This document shows, in pieces, positions 1-9,709 of a DNA stretch of 64,000 nt (the stretch's first letter is position 1; every line of letters begins with the position of its first letter). The DNA is taken from the IMG/VR virus record IMGVR_UViG_3300033062_002302; one strand, written 5' to 3'. This DNA is from a virus (lineage: Duplodnaviria > Caudoviricetes). Under the pieces are notes generated by a model. The model was not told where the DNA came from and did not search any database. It saw only the letters and a program-made list of their open reading frames with translations. A program made the position numbers and the translations under genes.

Positions 1-1
1 T

Positions 2-2536
2 CAGGCATATGAAACTGGGCACGGAATTATTATTCCTAAAATTAATTTAGATTCAGAAACGAATGCTCAAATTGATTATTCATTAGATGGAATTCAGTTT
101 ACTGGAACAGAATTATATACTGGCGTTGTTGCCGCCGAATTAGAGCAAAGCGTCCCAATTCAGGATCAAAGAACCGGCAACCCGGTTAATTCTCGTCAGC
201 AGTTCGTTCCCAAAGTTAAACTATTAAACCCAATAGATTTATCAAATCTTTCCAAGACGACAGAGCCTTTTGTTGTTGGTCTTGTTGCAGATAAGAATAA
301 AAAATCTTTTGAAGCTTCAAGCTCTGTTCTATCAGCCGGACTTCATTCTTGGACTTTCGTTAAAAACGAATTACAATTAAAAATCATTGATGATAGCACA
401 GATGGATATCGATATGATTTAAATGTTAATGCTTTGGTAAACAATTTAGTAAATGGTGATTTTACCAATGCTAAACTTATTCCAAACATTTCTGAGCCAA
501 ATACTTTTTATCGTGTAGCCAAAGCCGAATTATGCTCTATGATTTATGGAGATATTAATGGTGATGGTGTTGTTGACGATGCTGATTTAGATCTTTATAA
601 TTTACTCTTAGGAATGGACCTTAATGTCTCTCCTCCGGCAATAAGCTCCATCTCAACAGATGGATATGTTACGACTTATACAAATGGGTACCCATTCTAT
701 GCAGATCCTTTTGTTAATGACTTTACCGTTACTTTCCAGCTTGTTGATCCTGCAACTAATTTAGTTGTCGCATCTGGAACTGACGGCATTTTAGTTGTTA
801 ATCCAAATGATGGTAGTTTAGCTACTTTTCAGAGCGCTTCAACTAATTTCTCAGCTATTACCAATCTAATTAATTTAAAATTGGTAATTAGACTATCAAC
901 GAATGAATGTAATAATGGCGGTATTGAGATTACGAGCCTTAATACTTCTTCAAATTATATTGTTAATTTAAGAAAAGTTCTATTAGATAGCGACAAAATA
1001 TCTCAGATTTTAAGAGCAGATATCGATGGTGATTTTGAGATTACTGCAAATGACGGTTATTATTTACAGAATTATATTTTAAAAGCTCCTCCATTTCCAG
1101 CGACAACTTCACCTGGGAATAAAATTGGAACATCATTTAATGTTCTTAAATTAAAGTTAGATCCATTCACCTATCAAGATGGGTATTTTACTCGGAATGA
1201 CGATTTCTATCCAACCATCTCTAATCGTGGGACTGTTTTACATCCTATTCAAGATTTGTATTTGGAAGATACTGGATTAGAAAATCATGACTTTAAAAAT
1301 AACCCTATTACTTTTAATCTTGTTAAACAATTAACTTGGGAAGAAAGATTAATTTCAGTTGCAAGTAATGCTAGATTTGTTCCGACCATTTTTAGTTCTA
1401 CATCTGGTCACGTTCATAACAGCTGTGAAATAGACGGTATTGTTTGTGATATTTATCCTCAGGGTCCAGAATTAGATCCAGGGACGATTAATGCTTTCGT
1501 TCCTAATAATCTTATTATTGGTGATGGTGGAGAGTTACAAAGACCAGATGGAAATCCATATAAAGTAGACTTTGAAGTTGGAACGATTGTCTTAGAAATT
1601 CCAGATGGAATTTTCGGAGAAGAGCGAACCTTAAATGTTTTTGATGACTTCGTTGCAGATTATACTGGAAAAGGAATCACAAGGCTAGGCTTCCCGGCGC
1701 TTCGTTTTGCTGACTGTTCATTAGTTGAACAAGAGGCTTTACTTAATAATCAAGTTAGATTCTCTGTTGCAGTTCAATCTTTTAGCCCAAATACTAATGG
1801 AACAGACTCAGATGGTTATTCAGGGGTTATCGTTGATGGTAAAATCGGCGTCTCCATGGATTACGCAACTGGATTGTTAAGACTTAACTTCACGAACCTT
1901 TATGAAGATTCCGTTCTTCAGACTTTAAATACTAAAGTTCAAATTAACGTTTACCTTAAAAAAGGTGGGTTTAATAACTCTCCATTGTTTGTAGATTCGA
2001 CCAAGGTTCAAAACTTATTAGAATTAATCAGCGTTTTCAATGAAAATAGCCCATTAGAAGGTTCAACCAATCACACTCAAGTTACTCAGCAAACGACGAC
2101 AGAATGGAAAGATACGAGTTCTACTGATTATAGCGCTTCTGCTCCAAAGGCGTCTAAACGCGAGAGGCGCCGTCAGTTTACGACCACTACTTCAACAGCC
2201 AATCAGGTTATTGAAGATGGCTATACGTTTGGCAATGTAGATTTCAGCTTATCAGATGAGGCGATTACGAGAGTCACCGCCTTGCTATTAGTTAAAAAAT
2301 CCGGGACTGCATTTGGCGGTACCATTGAAATGAAGGCGGATTATATTAGAGAGGGAGCTGGACCCGTTTTAATTGGCGCCCCGACCATTACTTATAATTT
2401 GACTGGATCGACCTTGGACGGAACGACAGCTGATTTTAATATCAATGGAAATAAGATTGAGATTAGAGTTTCTCCTGAAAGCGCTGATATTTTGAATTGG
2501 CGAATCTTCCGGACTCAAAATGAAGGAATAGACTAA
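2..2536 (+). CDS. Large putative virion structural protein with dockerin/EF-hand-like motifs (5' partial)
   Basis: Frame is open from position 2 through the tracked ORF 434..2536; T/N/S/D/V-rich; GDINGDGVVDDADL and ADIDGDFEITANDG Ca-binding-like loops; six DGY motifs. Confidence 0.6.
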   Translation, partial: QAYETGHGIIIPKINLDSETNAQIDYSLDGIQFTGTELYTGVVAAELEQSVPIQDQRTGNPVNSRQQFVPKVKLLNPIDLSNLSKTTEPFVVGLVADKNKKSFEASSSVLSAGLHSWTFVKNELQLKIIDDSTDGYRYDLNVNALVNNLVNGDFTNAKLIPNISEPNTFYRVAKAELCSMIYGDINGDGVVDDADLDLYNLLLGMDLNVSPPAISSISTDGYVTTYTNGYPFYADPFVNDFTVTFQLVDPATNLVVASGTDGILVVNPNDGSLATFQSASTNFSAITNLINLKLVIRLSTNECNNGGIEITSLNTSSNYIVNLRKVLLDSDKISQILRADIDGDFEITANDGYYLQNYILKAPPFPATTSPGNKIGTSFNVLKLKLDPFTYQDGYFTRNDDFYPTISNRGTVLHPIQDLYLEDTGLENHDFKNNPITFNLVKQLTWEERLISVASNARFVPTIFSSTSGHVHNSCEIDGIVCDIYPQGPELDPGTINAFVPNNLIIGDGGELQRPDGNPYKVDFEVGTIVLEIPDGIFGEERTLNVFDDFVADYTGKGITRLGFPALRFADCSLVEQEALLNNQVRFSVAVQSFSPNTNGTDSDGYSGVIVDGKIGVSMDYATGLLRLNFTNLYEDSVLQTLNTKVQINVYLKKGGFNNSPLFVDSTKVQNLLELISVFNENSPLEGSTNHTQVTQQTTTEWKDTSSTDYSASAPKASKRERRRQFTTTTSTANQVIEDGYTFGNVDFSLSDEAITRVTALLLVKKSGTAFGGTIEMKADYIREGAGPVLIGAPTITYNLTGSTLDGTTADFNINGNKIEIRVSPESADILNWRIFRTQNEGID

Positions 2537-2543
2537 GATATAT

Positions 2544-2552
2544 TGATATATT
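2544..2552 (+). promoter_or_regulatory. TGATATATT extended -10-like promoter motif
   Basis: Recurrent motif, 8 nt before ATG 2561; second copy AGATATATT at 2536. Confidence 0.5.
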
Positions 2553-2560
2553 AAGATCGC

Positions 2561-3682
2561 ATGAAGATCTTAATACATCAATTTCTTGGCAAAAATCATA
2601 GTTGGAGCGCCGTAGGGTGGGGAACGGCTAATGCTTTAATTAACCAAGGACATGAAGTTGAATTATTTTCAACGGATGGAATTGAGCATATTCCAAATAA
2701 TTTAAGAAAGCATGTGATTGGGCATGTCGAAGAGAATAAGCCTGGCAAAATCTTTGGAAGATTACCGGGAACTTATGATTGTCAGATTAGTTATACTGCT
2801 ATGCGAAACTTTCAGAAGTATTTAAGCTTTGGAAATAAAAATAGATTTGGTATTTGGACCTATGAATGGAATGGAAAAAATGTTCTTCCTTCTGGTTTTG
2901 CCAAAGCTTATAAGAATTGCGATTACTTATGTGCTCCATCTCAATTCTCTAAAGATATTTTTATCAATTCAGGAATTCCTGGAGATAAAGTTCATGTCAT
3001 TCCTCATGGAATTGGCTCTGAATTTTCTGGAGAATCTAAAATTGATCTTAAAACAAATAAGAAATTTAAAATATTAGCTAATATAGCTCAAAACCATATA
3101 AGGAAGAATATAAATGGTTTATTAGAAGCATATGGAAAAGCATTTAATAAAAATGATGATGTTATTTTAATATTAAAATCAAAATTCAAACCTGTTAAAT
3201 ATGGGTTTGAAGTGTCTCTTCAAGAAATTGTGAGTTCATTCAAGAAGAAATATCCCGACCATGCTGAGTTAAAAATTTTTGAACAATTTGTTCCGGACAT
3301 CTCCTCCTTATATAGGAGTGTGGATACCGTCTTCTCGCTTTCTCACTGCGAAGGATTTTTAATGCCTGGGCTTGAATCATTGGCTTCTGGAAAAATTGTC
3401 ATTGCTCCTAATTGGGGCGGTCAGGTTGATTTTTTAAATGATTCCAATGCTCTTCTTGTTTCCGGGAAAGAGGCACGAGCCAACCCGGCAAGCATGTACT
3501 GGGAATCAAAACAAAATGCAATTTGGTTTGTCCCGGATATAGAGGATGCAGCCAGCAAATTAAGGTACGCTTACGATAATTTTATCTCTTTAAATGAGAG
3601 CGTCGAAAGCCAAAGAGAAGCTATATTAAAAAAATATAGTTGGGAATCCATCACAACTCAAATGTTGAATTTAACCAAATGA
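2561..3682 (+). CDS. Glycosyltransferase, GT4-like (GT-B)
   Basis: MKILI start, IPHG, EGFLMPGLESLASG (EGFG/LPxxEA-type motif). Confidence 0.85.
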   Translation: MKILIHQFLGKNHSWSAVGWGTANALINQGHEVELFSTDGIEHIPNNLRKHVIGHVEENKPGKIFGRLPGTYDCQISYTAMRNFQKYLSFGNKNRFGIWTYEWNGKNVLPSGFAKAYKNCDYLCAPSQFSKDIFINSGIPGDKVHVIPHGIGSEFSGESKIDLKTNKKFKILANIAQNHIRKNINGLLEAYGKAFNKNDDVILILKSKFKPVKYGFEVSLQEIVSSFKKKYPDHAELKIFEQFVPDISSLYRSVDTVFSLSHCEGFLMPGLESLASGKIVIAPNWGGQVDFLNDSNALLVSGKEARANPASMYWESKQNAIWFVPDIEDAASKLRYAYDNFISLNESVESQREAILKKYSWESITTQMLNLTK

Positions 3683-4371
3683 TTTATGATTTAAGCATCG
3701 TTATTCCAGTCTTCAATAATTGGAGCTATACTAAAAATTGCATTAGTAATTTATTGAAATTGCCTGAATCATTTGAAATCATTATTGTTGATAATGCCAG
3801 CTCTGATTTAACGAAAACCGAACTTTCTAAATTTGAAAGAGTTAAACATATTAGAAATGAAACTAATTTTGGCTTCGGAAAAGCAGTAAGTCAGGGCGTT
3901 CAAGCAGCGCAATCCAATCAGATTATGATTTTAAACAATGACATTAAATTTGGAAATGTCTTTCAGGATTGGTTTTTATCATTACCTCAAATTATCAAAG
4001 ATAATAATAAGTTAATTGGACCAACGGCTGGATATGTGGATCCAGAGAATGAATTTAGTTTTGTTTATGAAACTTCTAATAAAGAAGATAAAATTAATTA
4101 TATGAGTGGTTGGTGTTTGTCTGCTAATCGAGAGACCTGGGATAAATTAGAGACTGGAGATGGTCCTTTTGATAGTAAGACTTTCTTTCTTTATTTTGAA
4201 GATACTGATTTATCATTTCGAGCCAAATCTCTTAACATTGATTTTATGCTGATTGATACTCCTTTAAAACATATTGGAAAGCAGACTTCTAAGTTATTGA
4301 ATATTAGCAAACATTATTCTGAATCAAAAGTTAAATTTTTAAATAAATGGAATAATAAGTATCCATTTTGA
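3679..4371 (+). CDS. Glycosyltransferase family 2
   Basis: SIVIPVFN, IIVDNASSD, NFGFGKA, LNND, YFEDTDL; start taken at ATG 3679 (ATGA overlap). Confidence 0.9.
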   Translation: MIYDLSIVIPVFNNWSYTKNCISNLLKLPESFEIIIVDNASSDLTKTELSKFERVKHIRNETNFGFGKAVSQGVQAAQSNQIMILNNDIKFGNVFQDWFLSLPQIIKDNNKLIGPTAGYVDPENEFSFVYETSNKEDKINYMSGWCLSANRETWDKLETGDGPFDSKTFFLYFEDTDLSFRAKSLNIDFMLIDTPLKHIGKQTSKLLNISKHYSESKVKFLNKWNNKYPF

Positions 4372-4382
4372 AAGATTATTAA

Positions 4383-5348
4383 ATGTCATTATCAACCAAA
4401 ATTATTATGTTTGTTCTTGCAGTCCTTCTGTTAATAGGGGGAGGTTTAATTGTTTTCAAGCAATTTGAGATTGCTCGACGTCAAGAGGCAATTGAAAAAG
4501 AAATGGTTGGTCAGAAAGAGTTGGCTGACGGAATTACTCGGGCTCTTGCTCAATATGCAACCAAGCAGGACATTAATAATCTCGCTAAAGAAAATAATGT
4601 CAACATGAAAGTTATCCAAAATGACTTGGATAAGTTAAATGCTTCAATTATGGCAATCAACGTTGTAACCTCGAAGAGTCAAGGGCAAGTTGTTAAAGGA
4701 GCTGGGTCAACTAATACGGTTCCTGGGACTGATGTTCCCCCGTTAGCTTTAACTTACCCAGATCCTTATAAATATCAACAAGATACTCAAGTCATTAAGC
4801 TTAATGAAAGCTTTGGAAACGTTAAAGTTCCAATAGGAGAAGTTTCTTTCTCGGCTTGGAAAGAAAAGCCATGGGATTATAATATTCCACCACGGGAATA
4901 TAAGATGGTTACGGTTCTAGGAATGGATGAACAACAGCGTCAATATGCTTATAATAAATTTACGATCAACGATCAAGAAGTTAAAATAGCCAATAGCACT
5001 TTTAAGCAAGAGTACCCGGAAGGAAAATTTAGTTTTTTCAATCCCAGGCTGTACATAGGAATGGATGCTGGTATAAACTTGAGGAGCGTTCGGGGCGAAG
5101 CCGTCCCAAATGTTAGCCTTCAACTAATGAGTTATGGAAAATATAAGAATAATCCCGATTTATCCATTCTTCAAGTTGGCGCAGGCTATGGAATTGATGC
5201 CAAGCAAGTTTCGGGCTCATTAACGCCAATTATGTATAATGTTGGGCAACATATTCCTTTAATGAATAATTTATATATTGGACCGTCTGTTCAAGTTAAT
5301 GCATCGGGAGATGTTGGGATTATGGGAAGCGCTAAGGTGGGGTTATAA
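4383..5348 (+). CDS. Membrane-anchored protein: N-terminal TM, coiled coil, C-terminal beta-strand-rich domain
   Basis: Hydrophobic aa 7-25, heptad-like segment, alternating beta-strand pattern at the C-terminus. Confidence 0.5.
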   Translation: MSLSTKIIMFVLAVLLLIGGGLIVFKQFEIARRQEAIEKEMVGQKELADGITRALAQYATKQDINNLAKENNVNMKVIQNDLDKLNASIMAINVVTSKSQGQVVKGAGSTNTVPGTDVPPLALTYPDPYKYQQDTQVIKLNESFGNVKVPIGEVSFSAWKEKPWDYNIPPREYKMVTVLGMDEQQRQYAYNKFTINDQEVKIANSTFKQEYPEGKFSFFNPRLYIGMDAGINLRSVRGEAVPNVSLQLMSYGKYKNNPDLSILQVGAGYGIDAKQVSGSLTPIMYNVGQHIPLMNNLYIGPSVQVNASGDVGIMGSAKVGL

Positions 5349-6181
5349 TGCTTAAAATATTAACTTTAAATTGGAATGGGAAAGAAAAGTTAGAGAAACT
5401 TTACCCATCATTAATTAATGCTTTGGATGGTATTGATTATCAATATTTAATAAAAGATAACGGCTCGGTTGATGAATCCGTTTCATTTATTAAGAGCCTT
5501 AATAATCCTAAGGTTAAAGTAATCGAGTATGGACATAATAGAGATAATTTTGCTCAGGGATGTAATCTTTTATTCAAAGAATCAGATCCTAAAGATGATG
5601 ATTTAATTCTTCTATTAAATAATGATGTCATTTTTAATGATAAAAAATCTATTCATAATATGATGAATATGTTTAAAGATCCAGAGGTTGGTCTCGTTGG
5701 CGCTAAATTAAAATTTGTTGGAACAAATCTAATTCAACATGGTGGAGTTGTTTTTAGTAAGAGCAATGGGCTTCCAATGCATTTTAAAGCTCATCAGCAG
5801 GATGATAAGTCAACTCAAAAGCATCGAGAGTTTCAAGCTGTAACAGGGGCTGTTTGGATGACTACAGCAAGTCTTTACAATCAAATCTGTCAAACTAATA
5901 AATCAGGGCAGAATGGCTTGGATGAAGGTTTCTTTTGGTGTTTTGAAGATATTTCAGCTGGATTGTCTATAAAATATTCTCTTGGTAAAAAAGTTGTTTA
6001 TTGCGGAACGACCGATATATTTCATGAAGAAAGCGCGACTCTGAAAAAGAACCCGGCAAATAAGTTATTTATGAATCATAATATCAATCATTTTAGAACA
6101 TTGTGGCGTGATAAATATCTTGTCGATGAAGAAGTCTTTGCTAAGAATGCAAATCATAATGTGTATGAGATGGTAAAATGA
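5348..6181 (+). CDS. Glycosyltransferase family 2
   Basis: LTLNWN, DNGSVD, NFAQGCN, LLNND, IQHGG, AVTGA, FEDI. Confidence 0.9.
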   Translation: MLKILTLNWNGKEKLEKLYPSLINALDGIDYQYLIKDNGSVDESVSFIKSLNNPKVKVIEYGHNRDNFAQGCNLLFKESDPKDDDLILLLNNDVIFNDKKSIHNMMNMFKDPEVGLVGAKLKFVGTNLIQHGGVVFSKSNGLPMHFKAHQQDDKSTQKHREFQAVTGAVWMTTASLYNQICQTNKSGQNGLDEGFFWCFEDISAGLSIKYSLGKKVVYCGTTDIFHEESATLKKNPANKLFMNHNINHFRTLWRDKYLVDEEVFAKNANHNVYEMVK

Positions 6182-8277
6182 AGAAGATACTTATAACAGG
6201 GACAGCGGGATTTATTCTTTCTAATTTTGTTAGAAAGGCGATTCATGACCAAATCCAATCTGGAACTCACAATTATAAATTCGTTAGTATTGACAAGATG
6301 GCTAAGACATCTGTTTTAGGTAATATTTATCAAAATAAGAATCATCAGTTTTATATTGGTGACATTTGCGATTCTCATTTTTTAGATGTCATATTTGAAT
6401 ATGAGCGCCCTGATATTGTTCTTCATGGGGCAGCCGAGAGTCATGTTGATGATTCTCTTAAAGATACTGTTAAGTTCATTCAAAATAATGTTGTTGGGAC
6501 TCAAACTTTGGTCAACGCTGCCGTTAAATGGGGCGTGGAGAAGTTTGTTCATATCTCATGTTATGATGAACAAACGAAAGCGGTAACTAAAAGCGGAATA
6601 AAATCTTATCAAGAATTAAAAGAAGGGGACTTAGTTCTTTCAATTAATCCTGAAACGAAAGAAATTGAAGAAAAAGAAATTGAAAAAATAATAGTTCAAG
6701 ATTATTCTGGCGATATGTATCATTTTAAATCTAATAGAGTCGATTTTTTAACTACGCCAAATCATAGATACATTTATGAACAAAATAATAAATTACATTG
6801 GACGACTTCAGAAGAAATGTCAGATGTCAAAGGAAAAAGCTATTTGCCAAAAGGCTCTATTAATAGAGCATATAAAAAATATATAAATATCCCAGGTTTA
6901 GGGAAAGTAGACTCTAATGCTTTATTTTATGTTTGTGGCGCTTTTATTGGCGATGGTTTTACTGCTTATCAAGAAAAAATACGTGAAAATAAAAGTGGAT
7001 ATACTAGAGCTGATTTTATAAAAAAATGTCGGGATCCTAAAACTGGAAGAATTATATCATCAAAAAATACAGATCCAAATGCCCCTAAATTTATAGTTAC
7101 GCATAACTATCGTATTTTTTTTGATGTTCCAGAAAATGATAAATGCAGAGTTAAATTAGAAAAGGCTTTGACTAAATTAAAAATTAATTTTCATGCTGAA
7201 AAAAATAAATCTGGCGAACACATTTATTTTTCTTCAGAGAAATGGCTTAAATTCTTTGATACTTTTGGGAAATATGCTGAAAATAAATTTATTCCAGAAT
7301 GGATGTTTGATTATGGATATGATAATTTATTTAATTTATTAATGGGAATCCATGATTCTGATGGGCATGGTTATAATATTAGAGGTAAAGGCGCTTTGAC
7401 AACATGCTCTCTCAAGTTAAGAGATCAGTATTGTTACTTGGCAACAATGTTAGGATTTCATGCAAGATTTAATGAGCAAGGGCATAATCCAAACGCTTCT
7501 ATCAATGGAAGAATTATTCATCAAAATTTTAAGGCTTGGCAAATTCATTTTTCTAATAAACTTAGCCCATTATTTCCTAAAGCAAATATAATTAATTATA
7601 ATGGTAAAATATGGTGTTTAAAAGTTAAAGATAATAAAAATTTTCTTGTTATTAGAAATGGAATTAGCGCTTTTTCAGGAAATACGGACGAGTCATACGG
7701 TCAATTGAAAAGCGATTCTGAGCCATCCTGGACCGAGGAATCCCCGATCAATCCACGAAACCCATATGCTGCTAGTAAAGCGGCAAGTGAATTGGTTGTT
7801 CAGGCAGCTGGGACTTCCTTTGGATTGAATTACAACATTACTCGTTCTTCTAATAATTATGGTCCAAGGCAAACGGCAGAAAAGCTTTTGCCGAAAACAA
7901 TTAAAAGCATTTTGAATAATCAAAAGATTCCGGTTTATGGGCAAGGGCTTCAAATTCGAGATTGGACCTATGTTACAGATAACTGTGCTGGATTAATGAA
8001 GGTTATTACAGATGGAAAGCCAAACGAAATATATAACATTTCGGCAAATCAAGAATGTACTAATATTGAAATAATTCAAAAGATTTGCAATATTATGGGA
8101 CGAGGTCATGATTTAATCGATTTTATTAAAGATCCAAGAGGCAATGCGCATGATTTTAGATATTCAATTGACGCTTCTAAATTAAAGAAGCTTGGTTGGG
8201 CTCCGGAGATAAAGCTTCCGGAAGGATTGGAAATGTGTGTCAATTGGTATAATAATAATCAATACTATTTAAAATAA
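6178..8277 (+). CDS. rmlB: dTDP-glucose 4,6-dehydratase (NAD-dependent epimerase/dehydratase), intein-containing
   Basis: GTAGFI, AAESHVD, HIS|TDESYG after intein removal, PYAASKA, NNYGPRQ, RDWTYV. Confidence 0.88.
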   Translation: MKKILITGTAGFILSNFVRKAIHDQIQSGTHNYKFVSIDKMAKTSVLGNIYQNKNHQFYIGDICDSHFLDVIFEYERPDIVLHGAAESHVDDSLKDTVKFIQNNVVGTQTLVNAAVKWGVEKFVHISCYDEQTKAVTKSGIKSYQELKEGDLVLSINPETKEIEEKEIEKIIVQDYSGDMYHFKSNRVDFLTTPNHRYIYEQNNKLHWTTSEEMSDVKGKSYLPKGSINRAYKKYINIPGLGKVDSNALFYVCGAFIGDGFTAYQEKIRENKSGYTRADFIKKCRDPKTGRIISSKNTDPNAPKFIVTHNYRIFFDVPENDKCRVKLEKALTKLKINFHAEKNKSGEHIYFSSEKWLKFFDTFGKYAENKFIPEWMFDYGYDNLFNLLMGIHDSDGHGYNIRGKGALTTCSLKLRDQYCYLATMLGFHARFNEQGHNPNASINGRIIHQNFKAWQIHFSNKLSPLFPKANIINYNGKIWCLKVKDNKNFLVIRNGISAFSGNTDESYGQLKSDSEPSWTEESPINPRNPYAASKAASELVVQAAGTSFGLNYNITRSSNNYGPRQTAEKLLPKTIKSILNNQKIPVYGQGLQIRDWTYVTDNCAGLMKVITDGKPNEIYNISANQECTNIEIIQKICNIMGRGHDLIDFIKDPRGNAHDFRYSIDASKLKKLGWAPEIKLPEGLEMCVNWYNNNQYYLK
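6559..7683 (+). mobile_element. Intein with LAGLIDADG homing endonuclease in RmlB (375 aa)
   Basis: Starts CYDEQT, block B TTPNH, motifs GAFIGDG and LMGIHDSDG, ends FSGN|T. Confidence 0.9.
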
Positions 8278-8286
8278 TGATATATG
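8278..8286 (+). promoter_or_regulatory. TGATATAT motif upstream of tubulin gene
   Basis: Recurrent motif followed by SD-like TAAGGA and ATG 8304. Confidence 0.45.
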
Positions 8287-8303
8287 AAGATTAAGGATAA
8301 AAG

Positions 8304-9635
8304 ATGACGGCAAAATCAACAACAGAAATGGGCGTTCCAGAAGAAATCATTGATGATTTAGATGATGGCAAATTAGCCGCCCTTAAAGCAAAAAATCAAA
8401 ACAAACAAAATATGGAACAAAAAATGGCTGCAAAAATCGTTGCGAAAAAAGATAGAAGTCTTGTCCTAGGGGTCCTAGGCTCCGGGCAAGCAGGTGGTAA
8501 TTTAGCTCAAGCTTTATATTCATTAGGCTATGAAGCAGTTGTCGTTAACACTGCCATGCAGGACCTTAAATTCATTAATGTTCCAGATTCTAATAAACTT
8601 TTTCTCCAGCATGGATTAGGCGGCGCTGCTAAAGAACTAGAAATAGGTCGAGATGCCGCAGAATCTCATCGAGAAGAGATTAAGCAATTGGTTGATGATA
8701 AGCTCTCTGAGAGCCAAGTCAATGTTCTATGCCTATCTTTAGGCGGTGGTTCAGGCGCAGGTTCTTGCGAGACAATGGTAGATATTCTAGCAGAAACTGG
8801 AAAGCCTTTGGTTGTTATTACCGTTCTTCCAATGGATACGGAAGACTCTCAGACGAAGAGCAACGCATTAGAAACGCTTTCAAAGCTAGCATCTTTAACT
8901 AAAAGCAAAAAGGTTTCTAATCTTATTTGCGTTGACAATGCTAAGATTGAAGCTATCTATCATAATGTTAGTCAGATGGATTTTTATGATATTGCCAATA
9001 AAGCAATCGTTGGACCGATTGATATTTTCAATACCTTGTCTGCCGCTCCGTCTAGTGTTAAGCCATTAGACTCTTCAGAATTCGCTAAGTTGTTTATTGA
9101 TGGGGATGGTTTATCTGTCTACGGAGAGATGACTATTTCTAATTATAAAGAAGATACGGCGATTGCAGAAGCCGTGATTGATAATCTTAATTCAAATCTC
9201 TTAGCAAGCGGATTCGATCTCAAGCAGTCCAAGTATGTTGGAGTCATTATTACTGCAAATGCTAATGTTTGGAAAGATATTCCAAGCTCTAGCGTCAATT
9301 ATGCTATGAGTATAATTAATGACCAATGTGGAAATCCCAAGGGAGTTTTCAAGGGAGTCTATACGGTTGATAGTCCAGAGAACGTTGTTAAGGTTTATTC
9401 ATTCTTTACTGGAATGGGACTTCCAGTTTCTCGGGTTGAGCAGTTAAAAGAAGAGACGAAAGATCTTCAGCAACGGTCCAAGGTTAAAGATGATGGTCGA
9501 AATTTGACCTTGTCATTGGATACTGGGACGAATGAAACGGTTTCAGCGGTTCAGAAGATTAAGGATAAGATTGCGACGAAGTCCTCAGCATTCGGCAAAT
9601 TGACGAAGAATGTTGTTGTTGATCGACGTAAGTAA
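8304..9635 (+). CDS. Tubulin/FtsZ-family GTPase (PhuZ/TubZ-like)
   Basis: GSGQAGGN, VNTAMQDL, GGGSGAG tubulin signature, VDN. Confidence 0.88.
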   Translation: MTAKSTTEMGVPEEIIDDLDDGKLAALKAKNQNKQNMEQKMAAKIVAKKDRSLVLGVLGSGQAGGNLAQALYSLGYEAVVVNTAMQDLKFINVPDSNKLFLQHGLGGAAKELEIGRDAAESHREEIKQLVDDKLSESQVNVLCLSLGGGSGAGSCETMVDILAETGKPLVVITVLPMDTEDSQTKSNALETLSKLASLTKSKKVSNLICVDNAKIEAIYHNVSQMDFYDIANKAIVGPIDIFNTLSAAPSSVKPLDSSEFAKLFIDGDGLSVYGEMTISNYKEDTAIAEAVIDNLNSNLLASGFDLKQSKYVGVIITANANVWKDIPSSSVNYAMSIINDQCGNPKGVFKGVYTVDSPENVVKVYSFFTGMGLPVSRVEQLKEETKDLQQRSKVKDDGRNLTLSLDTGTNETVSAVQKIKDKIATKSSAFGKLTKNVVVDRRK

Positions 9636-9650
9636 TTAAAGAATAAAGAT

Positions 9651-9694
9651 AATGAATGGGCAGGAGGATTAACTTTCTCCTGCCTTAATTCATT
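9651..9694 (+). terminator. Hairpin, probable intrinsic terminator
   Basis: GGCAGGAG(9659-66)/CTCCTGCC(9677-84) stem with outer AATGAAT/ATTCATT pairing; weak U-tract. Confidence 0.55.
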
Positions 9695-9703
9695 TGATAT
9701 ATT
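9695..9703 (+). promoter_or_regulatory. TGATATATT motif
   Basis: 6 nt before ATG 9710, no SD in between. Confidence 0.5.
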
Positions 9704-9709
9704 TGATGT

